Below are positions 52,910-62,094 of a stretch of DNA of 64,000 bases, piece by piece (position 1 is the first letter of the stretch; the number at the start of each line of letters is the position of its first letter). Origin of the DNA: Candidatus Poribacteria bacterium (GTDB taxonomy: Bacteria; Poribacteria; WGA-4E; PCPOR2b); contig OZ242326.1 of NCBI GenBank assembly GCA_965208325.1, positions 3,072,001 through 3,136,000 on the forward strand, read 5' to 3'. The notes under the pieces are model-generated. The model made no database searches. It had not been told where the DNA came from and saw nothing but the letters and a program-made list of their open reading frames with translations. Made by a program: the position numbers and the translations under genes.

Positions 52910-54160
52910 ATGCCCAGAGAGTTTGATGTCCCACACTTCTACCGAAGTTCCATCATTTCCTTCGTCAAAAAGTCGCGCCGCATTACCGATCCGCGAAAGC
53001 GCGATCTCTCCCCTTCAGTGTTGGAATTTGGCCCGGTTCGTTTCAAAATTGCGAGACATTTCGGATTCTGTTACGGGGTTGAAAACGCTATTGAGATTGC
53101 CTACCGTGCGCTTGAAGAAAATCCGGATAAACGGGTGTTTCTACTGTCGGAAATGATCCACAATCCGCGCGTGAACGCAAATTTGCAACAGCGTGGCGTG
53201 CAATTCCTCTGCGACACCGCGGGCAACCAACTCATTCCATTTGACACATTGACGCCGCATGATATTGTCATTGTGCCAGCATTTGGAACCACGCTGGAAA
53301 TACAAGCTGAACTAGATCGGCGCGGCATCAATCCCTATGCGTACAATACTACCTGTCCTTTTGTCGAGAAGGTTTGGAAAAAAAGCAGAGAGATAGGTCT
53401 ACAAAATTACACCGTTGTTGTCCACGGTAAGCGGTACCACGAGGAAACGCGCGCAACGTTTTCTCATGCTATAGCGGAAGCGCCTGTAGTCGTGGTGCGC
53501 GATTTGGAAGAAACGAAAAACCTCGCAAAAGTTATACGCGGGGAAGCATCCGCTGCATTTTTCTTTGCGTGTTTCGAGGACCGTTTCTCTCAGGGCTTCG
53601 ACCCGAATCTCCATCTCCAGCGTATCGGCGTGGTTAATCAAACAACGATGCTCGCTACTGAGACACAGGCAATTGCCGACCTGCTTCGGCGAGCGATGGT
53701 TGATCGGTATGGCGAGGAAAATATTGACGAACACTTTGCCGACGCGAAGGACACGCTTTGCTACGCCACGAAAGAAAACCAGGATGCAACTATTGCCCTT
53801 ATCGAAGACGGCGGCGACTTGGCAGTAATTGTAGGGGGATACAATTCCTCCAATACTAGCCACCTGGTCGAACTGTGTGAACAAAAAATGCCGACCTATT
53901 TCATCTGCGACGCCGACGAAATGATCTCGCCAACACGCATTCGACACTTAGGGATCGACACAAAAACCGTGCGTGAAACAGAAAATTGGCTTCCAATGAA
54001 TCCTCCCGGTTGCGCCCCAATCGACATCGTCCTCACAGCAGGTGCTTCTTGTCCCGACGCCCTACTCGACGAAGTGTTGCGCAAAATTATCTCTTGGTTC
54101 CCAGAAGCCTCTTCAATTGATACTGTGCTCGGTCCTTACCACGATCAAATGTTAGATTAA
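52910..54160 (+). CDS. ispH: 4-hydroxy-3-methylbut-2-enyl diphosphate reductase (long form)
   Basis: FGFCYGV, IHNP, TTCPFV, HEET, NQTT, DTLCYAT, GGYNSSNT, TAGASCP. Confidence 0.96.
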   Translation: MPREFDVPHFYRSSIISFVKKSRRITDPRKRDLSPSVLEFGPVRFKIARHFGFCYGVENAIEIAYRALEENPDKRVFLLSEMIHNPRVNANLQQRGVQFLCDTAGNQLIPFDTLTPHDIVIVPAFGTTLEIQAELDRRGINPYAYNTTCPFVEKVWKKSREIGLQNYTVVVHGKRYHEETRATFSHAIAEAPVVVVRDLEETKNLAKVIRGEASAAFFFACFEDRFSQGFDPNLHLQRIGVVNQTTMLATETQAIADLLRRAMVDRYGEENIDEHFADAKDTLCYATKENQDATIALIEDGGDLAVIVGGYNSSNTSHLVELCEQKMPTYFICDADEMISPTRIRHLGIDTKTVRETENWLPMNPPGCAPIDIVLTAGASCPDALLDEVLRKIISWFPEASSIDTVLGPYHDQMLD

Positions 54161-54258
54161 ATCATAATTCTGTCTGTTGCGAATGATACAGTCGGACATC
54201 AGGACAAGCATATCCCCACCGTCTAACGATAGCCGCTTCAGCAACAATTCATTCAACC

Positions 54259-57200
54259 TCACTTCAACATTGTACAATCGAATACCATACCGACGCTTCC
54301 CTGGAATTTCACTCGCACACGGTCTTTATCTCGCGTGAGCTCAATAGGAATGCCGTAAGTTACATCAAAAAATTCACCGGGGTGATTAATGTTGAGGGTT
54401 TGCCTAGCAATACGCGAATCCTCCACAAAAATGTCAAAAGTACGCCCATCCTCACTGCCCCAGTAGGTAACGCTTAGCGTCATCGGTACGTCTGCACGAA
54501 CAGCCAACTCGTAACTAAACCAGCCGCCTTCTGATGTGTTTCGCCAGTGCCGGCCCATGTGTTGTGAAGCTGAACTGTGTTCGCTCTCGAGCTTATGTAA
54601 ATATTCGGACTCAATATTCGAAATCACCTTGACTGTATCGACGGTTCGCCTCAATTTTTCCTTTCTTTGTTGGTCTTCGGCTAAATAGTCTGCATGGGCT
54701 TTGCTGCCTCGTTGGTATACACGCCAATAAAGCGCGTAGCGATCATCAAATAGTTGATAAAACGGGATGAGCGCCACGTCTTCATTTTGCCCCACGGTGC
54801 GAAAGGTCAGCCGTTTTCCTTCGACCGGCTGTATCCATTTATTAAGGTCATCCGAATCGGCAATGAGAACTGGCGCATCAACCGGCTCCATCATACTCGC
54901 CTCACCAGCTTTGACGCTGGGGACATCTTCCTTACCTAGCTCACCTGCCAACACCAACGGGCCATACATAATGGCGGTGAGTGTTTCATCGTCCGGCATG
55001 GGGTGTAAATGTAGACTCATCGGCAAACGCAGTTTCAACGTGTCGCCATCCTCCCATATACGTTTGATCGTCAAAAAATCTCCGTGACTGGAAAAACCTT
55101 CCAGTGAATTGCCGTTGAACAACATCTCGCCGCCATGTACTGCCCAGTAAGGTATGCGAAAATGTATGGAGAATTCGATAGGGGCCGCTAATGACAGTAC
55201 AATTTGAGTGTAATCCTCTTCAGGAAAGTTGGTTTCCTGGCGTAGGTGGAGTCCCTTTTCTCGCCACGACAACTCTGATGCTATAAACTGGTTAATGTAA
55301 AGTTCGTCGCCATGATGGAAGTAAATGCTGTCGCCAGATTTGGCGAATGACTCGATTCCTGTACCTACACAGCACATGAAGGCGTCTTTTCGTTCTGGGG
55401 TGTCGTCGCTTTCAGGCATGCTAAAGCATTTGAAGTAACCTGAAGCCATAGGTACATACCACATCAACATGCCGTCATCGGGATTTTGCGTGGGGAGAAT
55501 CCCGTTGAATAACGCTCGTTCATAGTAATCCGCATATCGCGCACCGGCAGTCCATCCAAAAAGATGGCGCGTCAGTTTCAACATGTTGTAGGTCGTACAG
55601 GATTCATGCGTTCGATTGCTTAGTTGGCACGACAATTCATTCGGCTGTTGCCAGTGTTCATGATCCGTTGATCCGCCGGTAACATACGAGCGGGTATTGA
55701 CAATTTGATTCCAAAAGAAATGAACAATGTCGTGATAACGCTTCTCGCCGAATAGTTCATAACGGTGGGCAGCGCCAAGAATTTTGGGTATAGTCGAGTT
55801 GCCGTGAAGCCAGATTAAGATGTCATCGTCGCCTTCAGCTAGCGGGTCAAAGACTCGGTTGTGCTCAAATCGCATAGCCAATCTCAGATGATCCCTGTCT
55901 TGGGTTACGGCATACAGTTTCAACATCAGCCCCTTCATCCCGCCGTGCTCTATGTTAAGTACCTCCTGCAAATGATCTTCATCCAATCGATTTATACGCC
56001 ATTTTGCCCATGCGGCCATCTTTTTGAGCACGTCCAACGCTTGTTGGTTCCCGATAAGATGGTACACGTTATAAAGCCCATCCATTATTTTATGGATGAC
56101 GTACCATGACACTCTTGAGATGCCGATACGTCCAGGCTCACCGGCTTCGATGTCGTCAAAGTAATCTTCCGGAAATGCGCTGAGATAACCGCCTTTAATG
56201 CCCTGTTGACATTTTGCCAATTCCGCTACTATATAATTGGCTTTGTCCTTGAGCACGCCATCGTCGGTGCTGACATACATTAAGGCGCAGGCTGTGAGGT
56301 AATGCCCTATGAAGGCGCCGCGGAGGATAAAATCCGGACTTTCCCATCCGCCGAGCGGCTCGGCGGACGACGGTATACCCGCCGTTACGCGAAACATGTG
56401 CAGCAGCCGGTCCGCATCTAGTGCATGAAGGTATTTGCCGTCTCGCAGCATAGCATCTTTAAACGGGCCATCGTTCAAACGCACGTGCTGCAAATCGAAT
56501 GGTTGGGCTTGTAATTGTATGGGATTGGCGCTTGGAACGTGGCCGCTGCGGACGGATGCTTTTTGGCCAGTTGGATAGAAAGGGTAGAAATCATTATTGG
56601 GAGTAATGTCAAACACTTCATCTCCCCGCCAACTGAGCGTATATTCCATTTTGTCAGTGATTTCAACTTCTTGATGTACCGGTAACTCGTATGATAAGTC
56701 AATATTGCCCGGTAAATTTTCTTTCGGGATAACGATAAAATCACCAATTTTGTCTGGCGCAAACTCTTCATCATTTACGGTCACGCGAACTGAGTCTTTG
56801 GGCGTCCACCGAGGTATCCTTATAAACGTATTTTCCTGGTTTTTGGGACTGATTTTAACCTTCGCCTGATGCGACCTCGTACTTGTGATTTTTAGGTTTT
56901 CATCTTCGTAATCGAGATGGAAGTGAATGGTTAATCCTTTATCGTCGCCTACGGCGATATGATGGTAGATATCAATGAGCGAGTGTAAAGCGGCGGCGGT
57001 GACATCGGTGACGGATTGTTTGCCCGCATGCGGCATGGCGTGCAGGCCGCCAATAGCGCCGATAATGCGGTCTCTCACATCGGCCTGTGCCCCATCCGAA
57101 TTGGACGGTTCCAGCGGAGGACTATCGGTAATCTGGGAAGGAATGAGGCGGGCTCTGACGTTATGTTCAACATCGTCGAGAAACTCGCTGTAGCCGTGGC

Positions 57201-58155
57201 GAACGGCGAGCCAGAGCGCAATCTGAGCGGCGTCGCCCGGAGAAGTGACTTCGCCTTTGTGGGCACTATCGTCTCCGAGATCATGGCATGTGTAGCCAGA
57301 TTTTTTGACAATCTTTGGAACGGTTTCTCGATAAGTGTTAGCGACCACATCAATATACTTGTGTTGGCCGGAGATTTCGCCAAAGCGCAACAGCCCGCGC
57401 AGCGTGTTTAGATAGGAGTGCGTATGTCCGCGCATGATGAAAGGGTCTTCGGTGGCGTCCCACCTTGCGTGGTAGCGTCCATCTGGCCTGGTGGTTTGAG
57501 CCAGGTGATATCGAGCGAATTTCTCCGCGAGTTTCAACGCTAAGGCGTCCTTTGATACTTCATAGTATTCGATCAGCGCTTCAATCAGGCGGCCGTGGGA
57601 TACAACTGCGGAAAGCGCCCAAGCAGATTGGATGTCGGGGCTGCCGGCTTCTCTATAACGATGGGTCGCTTCGACATTCCAGATGCCTCTGCCAGGGTCC
57701 GCCTCCCAACGTTCATAGGGATAGAGAATACGGTCGATGGACTCCAACATCAAATGCGCTTTTTCAATCGCCCATTGGTCGTTACGGTATTTGATAAGTC
57801 CGGTGAGGGCTAGGAGGCTTTCTCGCGGCGAATGGAAGTCGAGTATTTCACCGTCGACGCGGGGCGTGTCGAGCGGGCGGAGGCACAAATGATCCGAATT
57901 GTCGTAAAACCGCTTTAGGTTCTGCAGCATGGCTGCTTCTATATCCGGCGGAATTTTGAAGCCCGTAGCGTCTTCCAAACGGAGCAAAGCATCCCACCAT
58001 CGACCGATATTATGACCCGGACCGAAGAAACGGATTTCTGAACCGTAGTCGTTACCCACGAAAATCCAGAAGTTGGGCAAATAGTTTTCATCCGGCGAAA
58101 GCATATGAATTAAATTTTGCCCTGCTAAATTCATGGACTCCTTCAAATTCACCAT
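54259..58155 (-). CDS. Two-module glycoside hydrolase: divergent N-terminal GH127-like module plus GH127/GH146 beta-L-arabinofuranosidase-like module
   Basis: C-terminal half: GHYLTA, EHGGM, HGNSTIP, ESCTTYNMLKL, DYYERALFN, CCVGTGIES, YGPLVLA. N-terminal half: GRWWDAL, HTHS, FIRIPRW. Confidence 0.8.
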   Translation of the reverse strand: MVNLKESMNLAGQNLIHMLSPDENYLPNFWIFVGNDYGSEIRFFGPGHNIGRWWDALLRLEDATGFKIPPDIEAAMLQNLKRFYDNSDHLCLRPLDTPRVDGEILDFHSPRESLLALTGLIKYRNDQWAIEKAHLMLESIDRILYPYERWEADPGRGIWNVEATHRYREAGSPDIQSAWALSAVVSHGRLIEALIEYYEVSKDALALKLAEKFARYHLAQTTRPDGRYHARWDATEDPFIMRGHTHSYLNTLRGLLRFGEISGQHKYIDVVANTYRETVPKIVKKSGYTCHDLGDDSAHKGEVTSPGDAAQIALWLAVRHGYSEFLDDVEHNVRARLIPSQITDSPPLEPSNSDGAQADVRDRIIGAIGGLHAMPHAGKQSVTDVTAAALHSLIDIYHHIAVGDDKGLTIHFHLDYEDENLKITSTRSHQAKVKISPKNQENTFIRIPRWTPKDSVRVTVNDEEFAPDKIGDFIVIPKENLPGNIDLSYELPVHQEVEITDKMEYTLSWRGDEVFDITPNNDFYPFYPTGQKASVRSGHVPSANPIQLQAQPFDLQHVRLNDGPFKDAMLRDGKYLHALDADRLLHMFRVTAGIPSSAEPLGGWESPDFILRGAFIGHYLTACALMYVSTDDGVLKDKANYIVAELAKCQQGIKGGYLSAFPEDYFDDIEAGEPGRIGISRVSWYVIHKIMDGLYNVYHLIGNQQALDVLKKMAAWAKWRINRLDEDHLQEVLNIEHGGMKGLMLKLYAVTQDRDHLRLAMRFEHNRVFDPLAEGDDDILIWLHGNSTIPKILGAAHRYELFGEKRYHDIVHFFWNQIVNTRSYVTGGSTDHEHWQQPNELSCQLSNRTHESCTTYNMLKLTRHLFGWTAGARYADYYERALFNGILPTQNPDDGMLMWYVPMASGYFKCFSMPESDDTPERKDAFMCCVGTGIESFAKSGDSIYFHHGDELYINQFIASELSWREKGLHLRQETNFPEEDYTQIVLSLAAPIEFSIHFRIPYWAVHGGEMLFNGNSLEGFSSHGDFLTIKRIWEDGDTLKLRLPMSLHLHPMPDDETLTAIMYGPLVLAGELGKEDVPSVKAGEASMMEPVDAPVLIADSDDLNKWIQPVEGKRLTFRTVGQNEDVALIPFYQLFDDRYALYWRVYQRGSKAHADYLAEDQQRKEKLRRTVDTVKVISNIESEYLHKLESEHSSASQHMGRHWRNTSEGGWFSYELAVRADVPMTLSVTYWGSEDGRTFDIFVEDSRIARQTLNINHPGEFFDVTYGIPIELTRDKDRVRVKFQGSVGMVFDCTMLK

Positions 58156-58182
58156 TGTGTAATCCTCCCCCTTTCAGTAAAA

Positions 58183-59157
58183 CTACCCAAAGGCGACGCC
58201 CAATTTGACGCTCCGTTCAGGGTGCTTGTCCATCTCTATGTAGGCTTCAACCGAATCTTCAAACGGCACCACCGGGTCAACAACGTCTTCGCAGTCAAAT
58301 CTGCCGTCTTCCAGCCACTTCCAGCAGGTTTCGAAGATACGTTTGAAATCCCAACGCGGATGATCGCGGTTCGGATCGCTGTTGGCGCGTGCGAAGATGA
58401 TGTTAGGAATGTTGACATGTGCGACAGCACCGAGGTCAAGTCCGCCTGTACACATTTTCGCGCGTCCAGCGTATACGATTGTCCCTTCAAACGCGACGCC
58501 GCGAAGCGCATCATCAAGGGCTTCGTACACTGCACTCGTTTCTACAGCCACATCAACGCCAAGTCCGCCAGTCGCTTCTTTGAGTACCGCGCCGGTATTT
58601 GAGTCAGTGGGATCAATGACAAGTTCCGCCCCAGTCTTTTCCGCGACCTTCCGCCGTCTTTCGAGCGGGTCGACGGCAGCGACAAAATCAGCCCCCGCAA
58701 TGCGTGCCATCTGCACCGTCATCAACCCTATTGCGCCAAGTCCAAAGACAGCCACCCTATCACCAACGCGGACCTTTCCATCACGAATCGCAGACATTGC
58801 GAAGTGCGCCGGATCATAGCAGACCGCCTCTTTCCACGTCATCCGGTCAGGCATCTTAACGACATTCCCAGCAGGCAACGTATGCGTCTCCCTAAGATGT
58901 CCGTGGTTGGAGACGCGTTCCCCAATCTCGCAACCTTCAACCTCTTCCCCGATTTCAATAATTTTTCCGACGTACATATTCCCAAGGCCCATCGGAAAAG
59001 TTTCGCCGTCGTGTGCGTAGTATGCTGTGAGTTCGGTGCCGCGTTTGGGTGAGCCGAACTCGACTTGAACCCGCACACTGTCCGCAGGAATGGGACCATC
59101 TTCATACTCTCTCAAGACCGGCTGACCGGGGGCAACCGCGACTAATTCTCTTGGCAT
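58183..59157 (-). CDS. MDR-family (zinc-binding type) dehydrogenase
   Basis: GTE, GDRVAVFGLGAIG, GVDVAVETS; AAGGAG SD; TGCTATAAT on the minus strand near 59288-59296. Confidence 0.87.
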   Translation of the reverse strand: MPRELVAVAPGQPVLREYEDGPIPADSVRVQVEFGSPKRGTELTAYYAHDGETFPMGLGNMYVGKIIEIGEEVEGCEIGERVSNHGHLRETHTLPAGNVVKMPDRMTWKEAVCYDPAHFAMSAIRDGKVRVGDRVAVFGLGAIGLMTVQMARIAGADFVAAVDPLERRRKVAEKTGAELVIDPTDSNTGAVLKEATGGLGVDVAVETSAVYEALDDALRGVAFEGTIVYAGRAKMCTGGLDLGAVAHVNIPNIIFARANSDPNRDHPRWDFKRIFETCWKWLEDGRFDCEDVVDPVVPFEDSVEAYIEMDKHPERSVKLGVAFG

Positions 59158-59172
59158 CTCTTTCTCCTTAAA

Positions 59173-59197
59173 GTAGTAGGCACGCGCCGTGTGCCGT
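59173..59197 (+). repeat. REP-like element GTAGTAGGCACGCGCCGTGTGCCGT
   Basis: GTAG plus palindrome; degenerate copy at 10050-10074. Confidence 0.65.
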
Positions 59198-59577
59198 AAA
59201 CCTAAAACAGGCCATTAATTAATGCGGAATCTGCGAACAATGCATCCGACGGTGAATTGCTTTCCGCGCCTCTTGACACACGCCATATTATAGCACGATG
59301 CGTGGATTTAGTTAAGACGATTTGTGTACGTTTAACAGCCGCTTGTTCAACAACTTTCGAACCGGTTTCTTTTTCCCATTACGCAGGAATGATATAATCG
59401 CCGGACTCAATGCGGCATCGAATCACATTGTTTAGGTGTGTACGCCCAAGAACTTGGTTAGCTTTTCAGTTTACCATTCACCGTAATCGTGCTAAAATGG
59501 AAAAAATTCCGGTGTATCAATTGAGGTCGGACAGCAATTGTAATGTGACAAACCGATAAAGGAGAAACGCACGTAAA

Positions 59578-60552
59578 ATGAGACGAGTTGGTTTTGGTGA
59601 CTTCGTTTATGAAGAAGTTCGGGAATGGGGACAATTTCCTGCGGACTGGCCCTTCGAAGATAGTCCTGGCGTTGCTGTTGATTCACAAGATAGAGTTTAC
59701 GCCTTTACCCGCGAGACAACCGGTATGGTCGTGTTTGACGCAGACGGCGCCGTCTTGCAGACGTGGGGGAGGGACAAATTTAAGCGGCCGCACGGCATAT
59801 TCATTGGTCCGGATGATGCGATTTACTGCGCTGACGATTGGGGTCATTCGATTAGGAAATTTACGACTGACGGCGAGCTGCTCATGGAAATCGAGACCAA
59901 AGACCATCCTGCGGATACCGGCTATGTGTGGGGGGACCAGGCATCAGCCGTACGGCGCGGAGGCCCGCCGTTTAACTTTCCGACGTGGGCAACCCTATCG
60001 CCGGAAGGCGATTTGTACGTAACCGACGGCTATGGCAACGCTCGGGTACATAAATTCACCGCCGACGGCGAGTTGCTCTTTTCGTGGGGTGAACCCGGCG
60101 ACGGCCCGGGCCAGTTTGTCACGCCGCACAGTGTCTGTGTAGATAAAAGCGGCTTAGTTTATGTTGCTGATCGGCAGAACCTTCGCATTCAAGTTTTTAA
60201 TTCGCAAGGTGAATTTATCAATCAATGGAGCGACATTTATTGGCCTTGCGATATGTGCCTTGATCCTAACGAGAATATGTATGTCGCGGAGGTCGGCGGG
60301 GTGTTCATGAGCTCGGGCAAAGTTCCCGATCACGACAATCCGTCGGCGCGAGTGACCGTGCGCAACTTGAATGGTGAAATTTTGTCTGAATGGGGGGCAG
60401 CCGATCCACTTGGGGAAGGCAGATACTTCGCACCGCATAGCATCGCCATTGACTCGCAGGGTAGCCTTTATATCGGTGAAGTTTCGACATCATACACCGG
60501 CGGCGCCGCACCCGCTGATTGGCACGCGTTTCGCAAATTCGCTAGAATCTGA
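59578..60552 (+). CDS. NHL-repeat protein (peptidyl-alpha-hydroxyglycine alpha-amidating lyase-like)
   Basis: PGVAVDSQDRVY, PHGI, YVTDGYGNARVHKF, GPGQFVTPH, YVADRQN.RIQVF. Confidence 0.9.
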   Translation: MRRVGFGDFVYEEVREWGQFPADWPFEDSPGVAVDSQDRVYAFTRETTGMVVFDADGAVLQTWGRDKFKRPHGIFIGPDDAIYCADDWGHSIRKFTTDGELLMEIETKDHPADTGYVWGDQASAVRRGGPPFNFPTWATLSPEGDLYVTDGYGNARVHKFTADGELLFSWGEPGDGPGQFVTPHSVCVDKSGLVYVADRQNLRIQVFNSQGEFINQWSDIYWPCDMCLDPNENMYVAEVGGVFMSSGKVPDHDNPSARVTVRNLNGEILSEWGAADPLGEGRYFAPHSIAIDSQGSLYIGEVSTSYTGGAAPADWHAFRKFARI

Positions 60553-60635
60553 CAAATCAGTTTCACTTTCATCAGCCCAACATTGAGCGCAAGTAGAAGC
60601 ATTCCTGACTGAGAAACGCGCGAAAGGAGGAATCT

Positions 60636-61868
60636 GTGTCTGAAAGCGACAGAACCACATTAGATCGACACCTGCTTTCGCCCGAATTCTATGCGAATCC
60701 GTATCCAATTTACCACCAGCTACGCGACGCCGATCCAGTACATTGGAGTGATGCCTGGAACAGTTGGGTGCTTACACGCTATGATGATGTCACTGCCACG
60801 CTGCGTGACTTTTCCCGCTTCTCAAATGTGGGCCGGATTGACCTGTTTCTCGAACAGTTGCCAGAGAACGGACGGGAAAAAATGGGGCCCCTCAAGGGGC
60901 ACTTTTCAAGGGCGATAACGCACTTGGATCCGCCGGATCATACGCGAATCCGGAAGTTGTTAAAAACAGTCCTTTCGACGCGCTTAGTTCAGAGCATGCG
61001 CCCGCGTATTGAAGCGCTTGTGGACGAGCTAATCAGTGAGGTCAAAGACGCCGGACGGATGGATGTCATTCGCGATTTTGCCTATCCACTGCCCGCCATT
61101 GTGCTCGGTGAAATGCTCGGCATACCGCCGGAAGACCGCGACCAATATAAGAGATGGTCAGACGATATCGGTGTAGGACTTGTTGGAACAGGCCGCGCCG
61201 CGCTGGACAACGTTGAGCGGGCACGGCAAAGCCTGTTCGAACTGACAAATTATCTCCGCCCGCTTGTCACAGAACGCCGCCAACAACCCCGGAACGACCT
61301 CATCAGCAACCTTATTGCCATTGAGGTGAGGGGCGATCGACTCACCGAAAGCGAGCTGTTTTCAACCTGTATTACACTTATCCTCGCCGGGCACGGGACG
61401 ACAACCAACTTGATTGGCAACGGCTTACTGGCGTTGCTGCGTCACCCTGACCAACTAGAAACTTTGAGAAACGACCCGGCTCTAATAGAAGTGGCTGTGG
61501 AGGAACTGCTGCGATACGATAGCCCGCTCCAGCGGATTTGGCGGATGGCTACGGAAGATGTCGAGATTGACGGTAATCAGATACGCAAGGGACAGATTGT
61601 CTTACCGACGATGGGCGCCGCGAATCGTGACCCGTCAGAATTTTCCGAACCCGACCGGTTGAATATCAGGCGGCCGGATAATCCACATGTTGCACTCGGC
61701 ACCGGTATCCATCTATGCGTGGGCGGGCCGCTAGCCCGCGTGCAGGGCGCAATTGCCATTAACGCGCTGCTCCAACGCCTGCCTTCGCTGCAGCTTGAGA
61801 CGGAAGCACTAGAGTGGGAACCAAATCTGTTTCACCGCGGCTTGAAATCGCTGCCCGTTGTGTTTTAA
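60636..61868 (+). CDS. Cytochrome P450
   Basis: DPPDHTRIR, AGHGTT, EELLR (ExxR), AANRDP, GTGIHLCVG heme ligand. Confidence 0.96.
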   Translation: MSESDRTTLDRHLLSPEFYANPYPIYHQLRDADPVHWSDAWNSWVLTRYDDVTATLRDFSRFSNVGRIDLFLEQLPENGREKMGPLKGHFSRAITHLDPPDHTRIRKLLKTVLSTRLVQSMRPRIEALVDELISEVKDAGRMDVIRDFAYPLPAIVLGEMLGIPPEDRDQYKRWSDDIGVGLVGTGRAALDNVERARQSLFELTNYLRPLVTERRQQPRNDLISNLIAIEVRGDRLTESELFSTCITLILAGHGTTTNLIGNGLLALLRHPDQLETLRNDPALIEVAVEELLRYDSPLQRIWRMATEDVEIDGNQIRKGQIVLPTMGAANRDPSEFSEPDRLNIRRPDNPHVALGTGIHLCVGGPLARVQGAIAINALLQRLPSLQLETEALEWEPNLFHRGLKSLPVVF

Positions 61869-61900
61869 GGGCGGTTGCGCATTGTCAGGCTTTATTAAGA

Positions 61901-62050
61901 TTGGAGTTACGCAGTTAAACGTCCAAAGGTTCGTAGTAGGGCAATTTATTGCCCGTTTCTACATAAAACAATATGTCAGGTCAAGGAAGTAAACAACCTG
62001 CCGGACGCGCAATAAATTGCGCTACTACAAACTGAACTGCGTAAGTCCTA
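61901..62050. mobile_element. Putative MITE carrying an inverted REP doublet
   Basis: Terminal inverted repeats TTGGAGTTACGCAGTT / AACTGCGTAAGTCCTA, flanked on both sides by TAAGA; internal GTAGTAG palindromes at 61933-61956 and 62005-62028. Confidence 0.7.
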
Positions 62051-62094
62051 TAAGATTAGATTTTGATGATGTACGAGCAATTTCGTTCTAGGTG

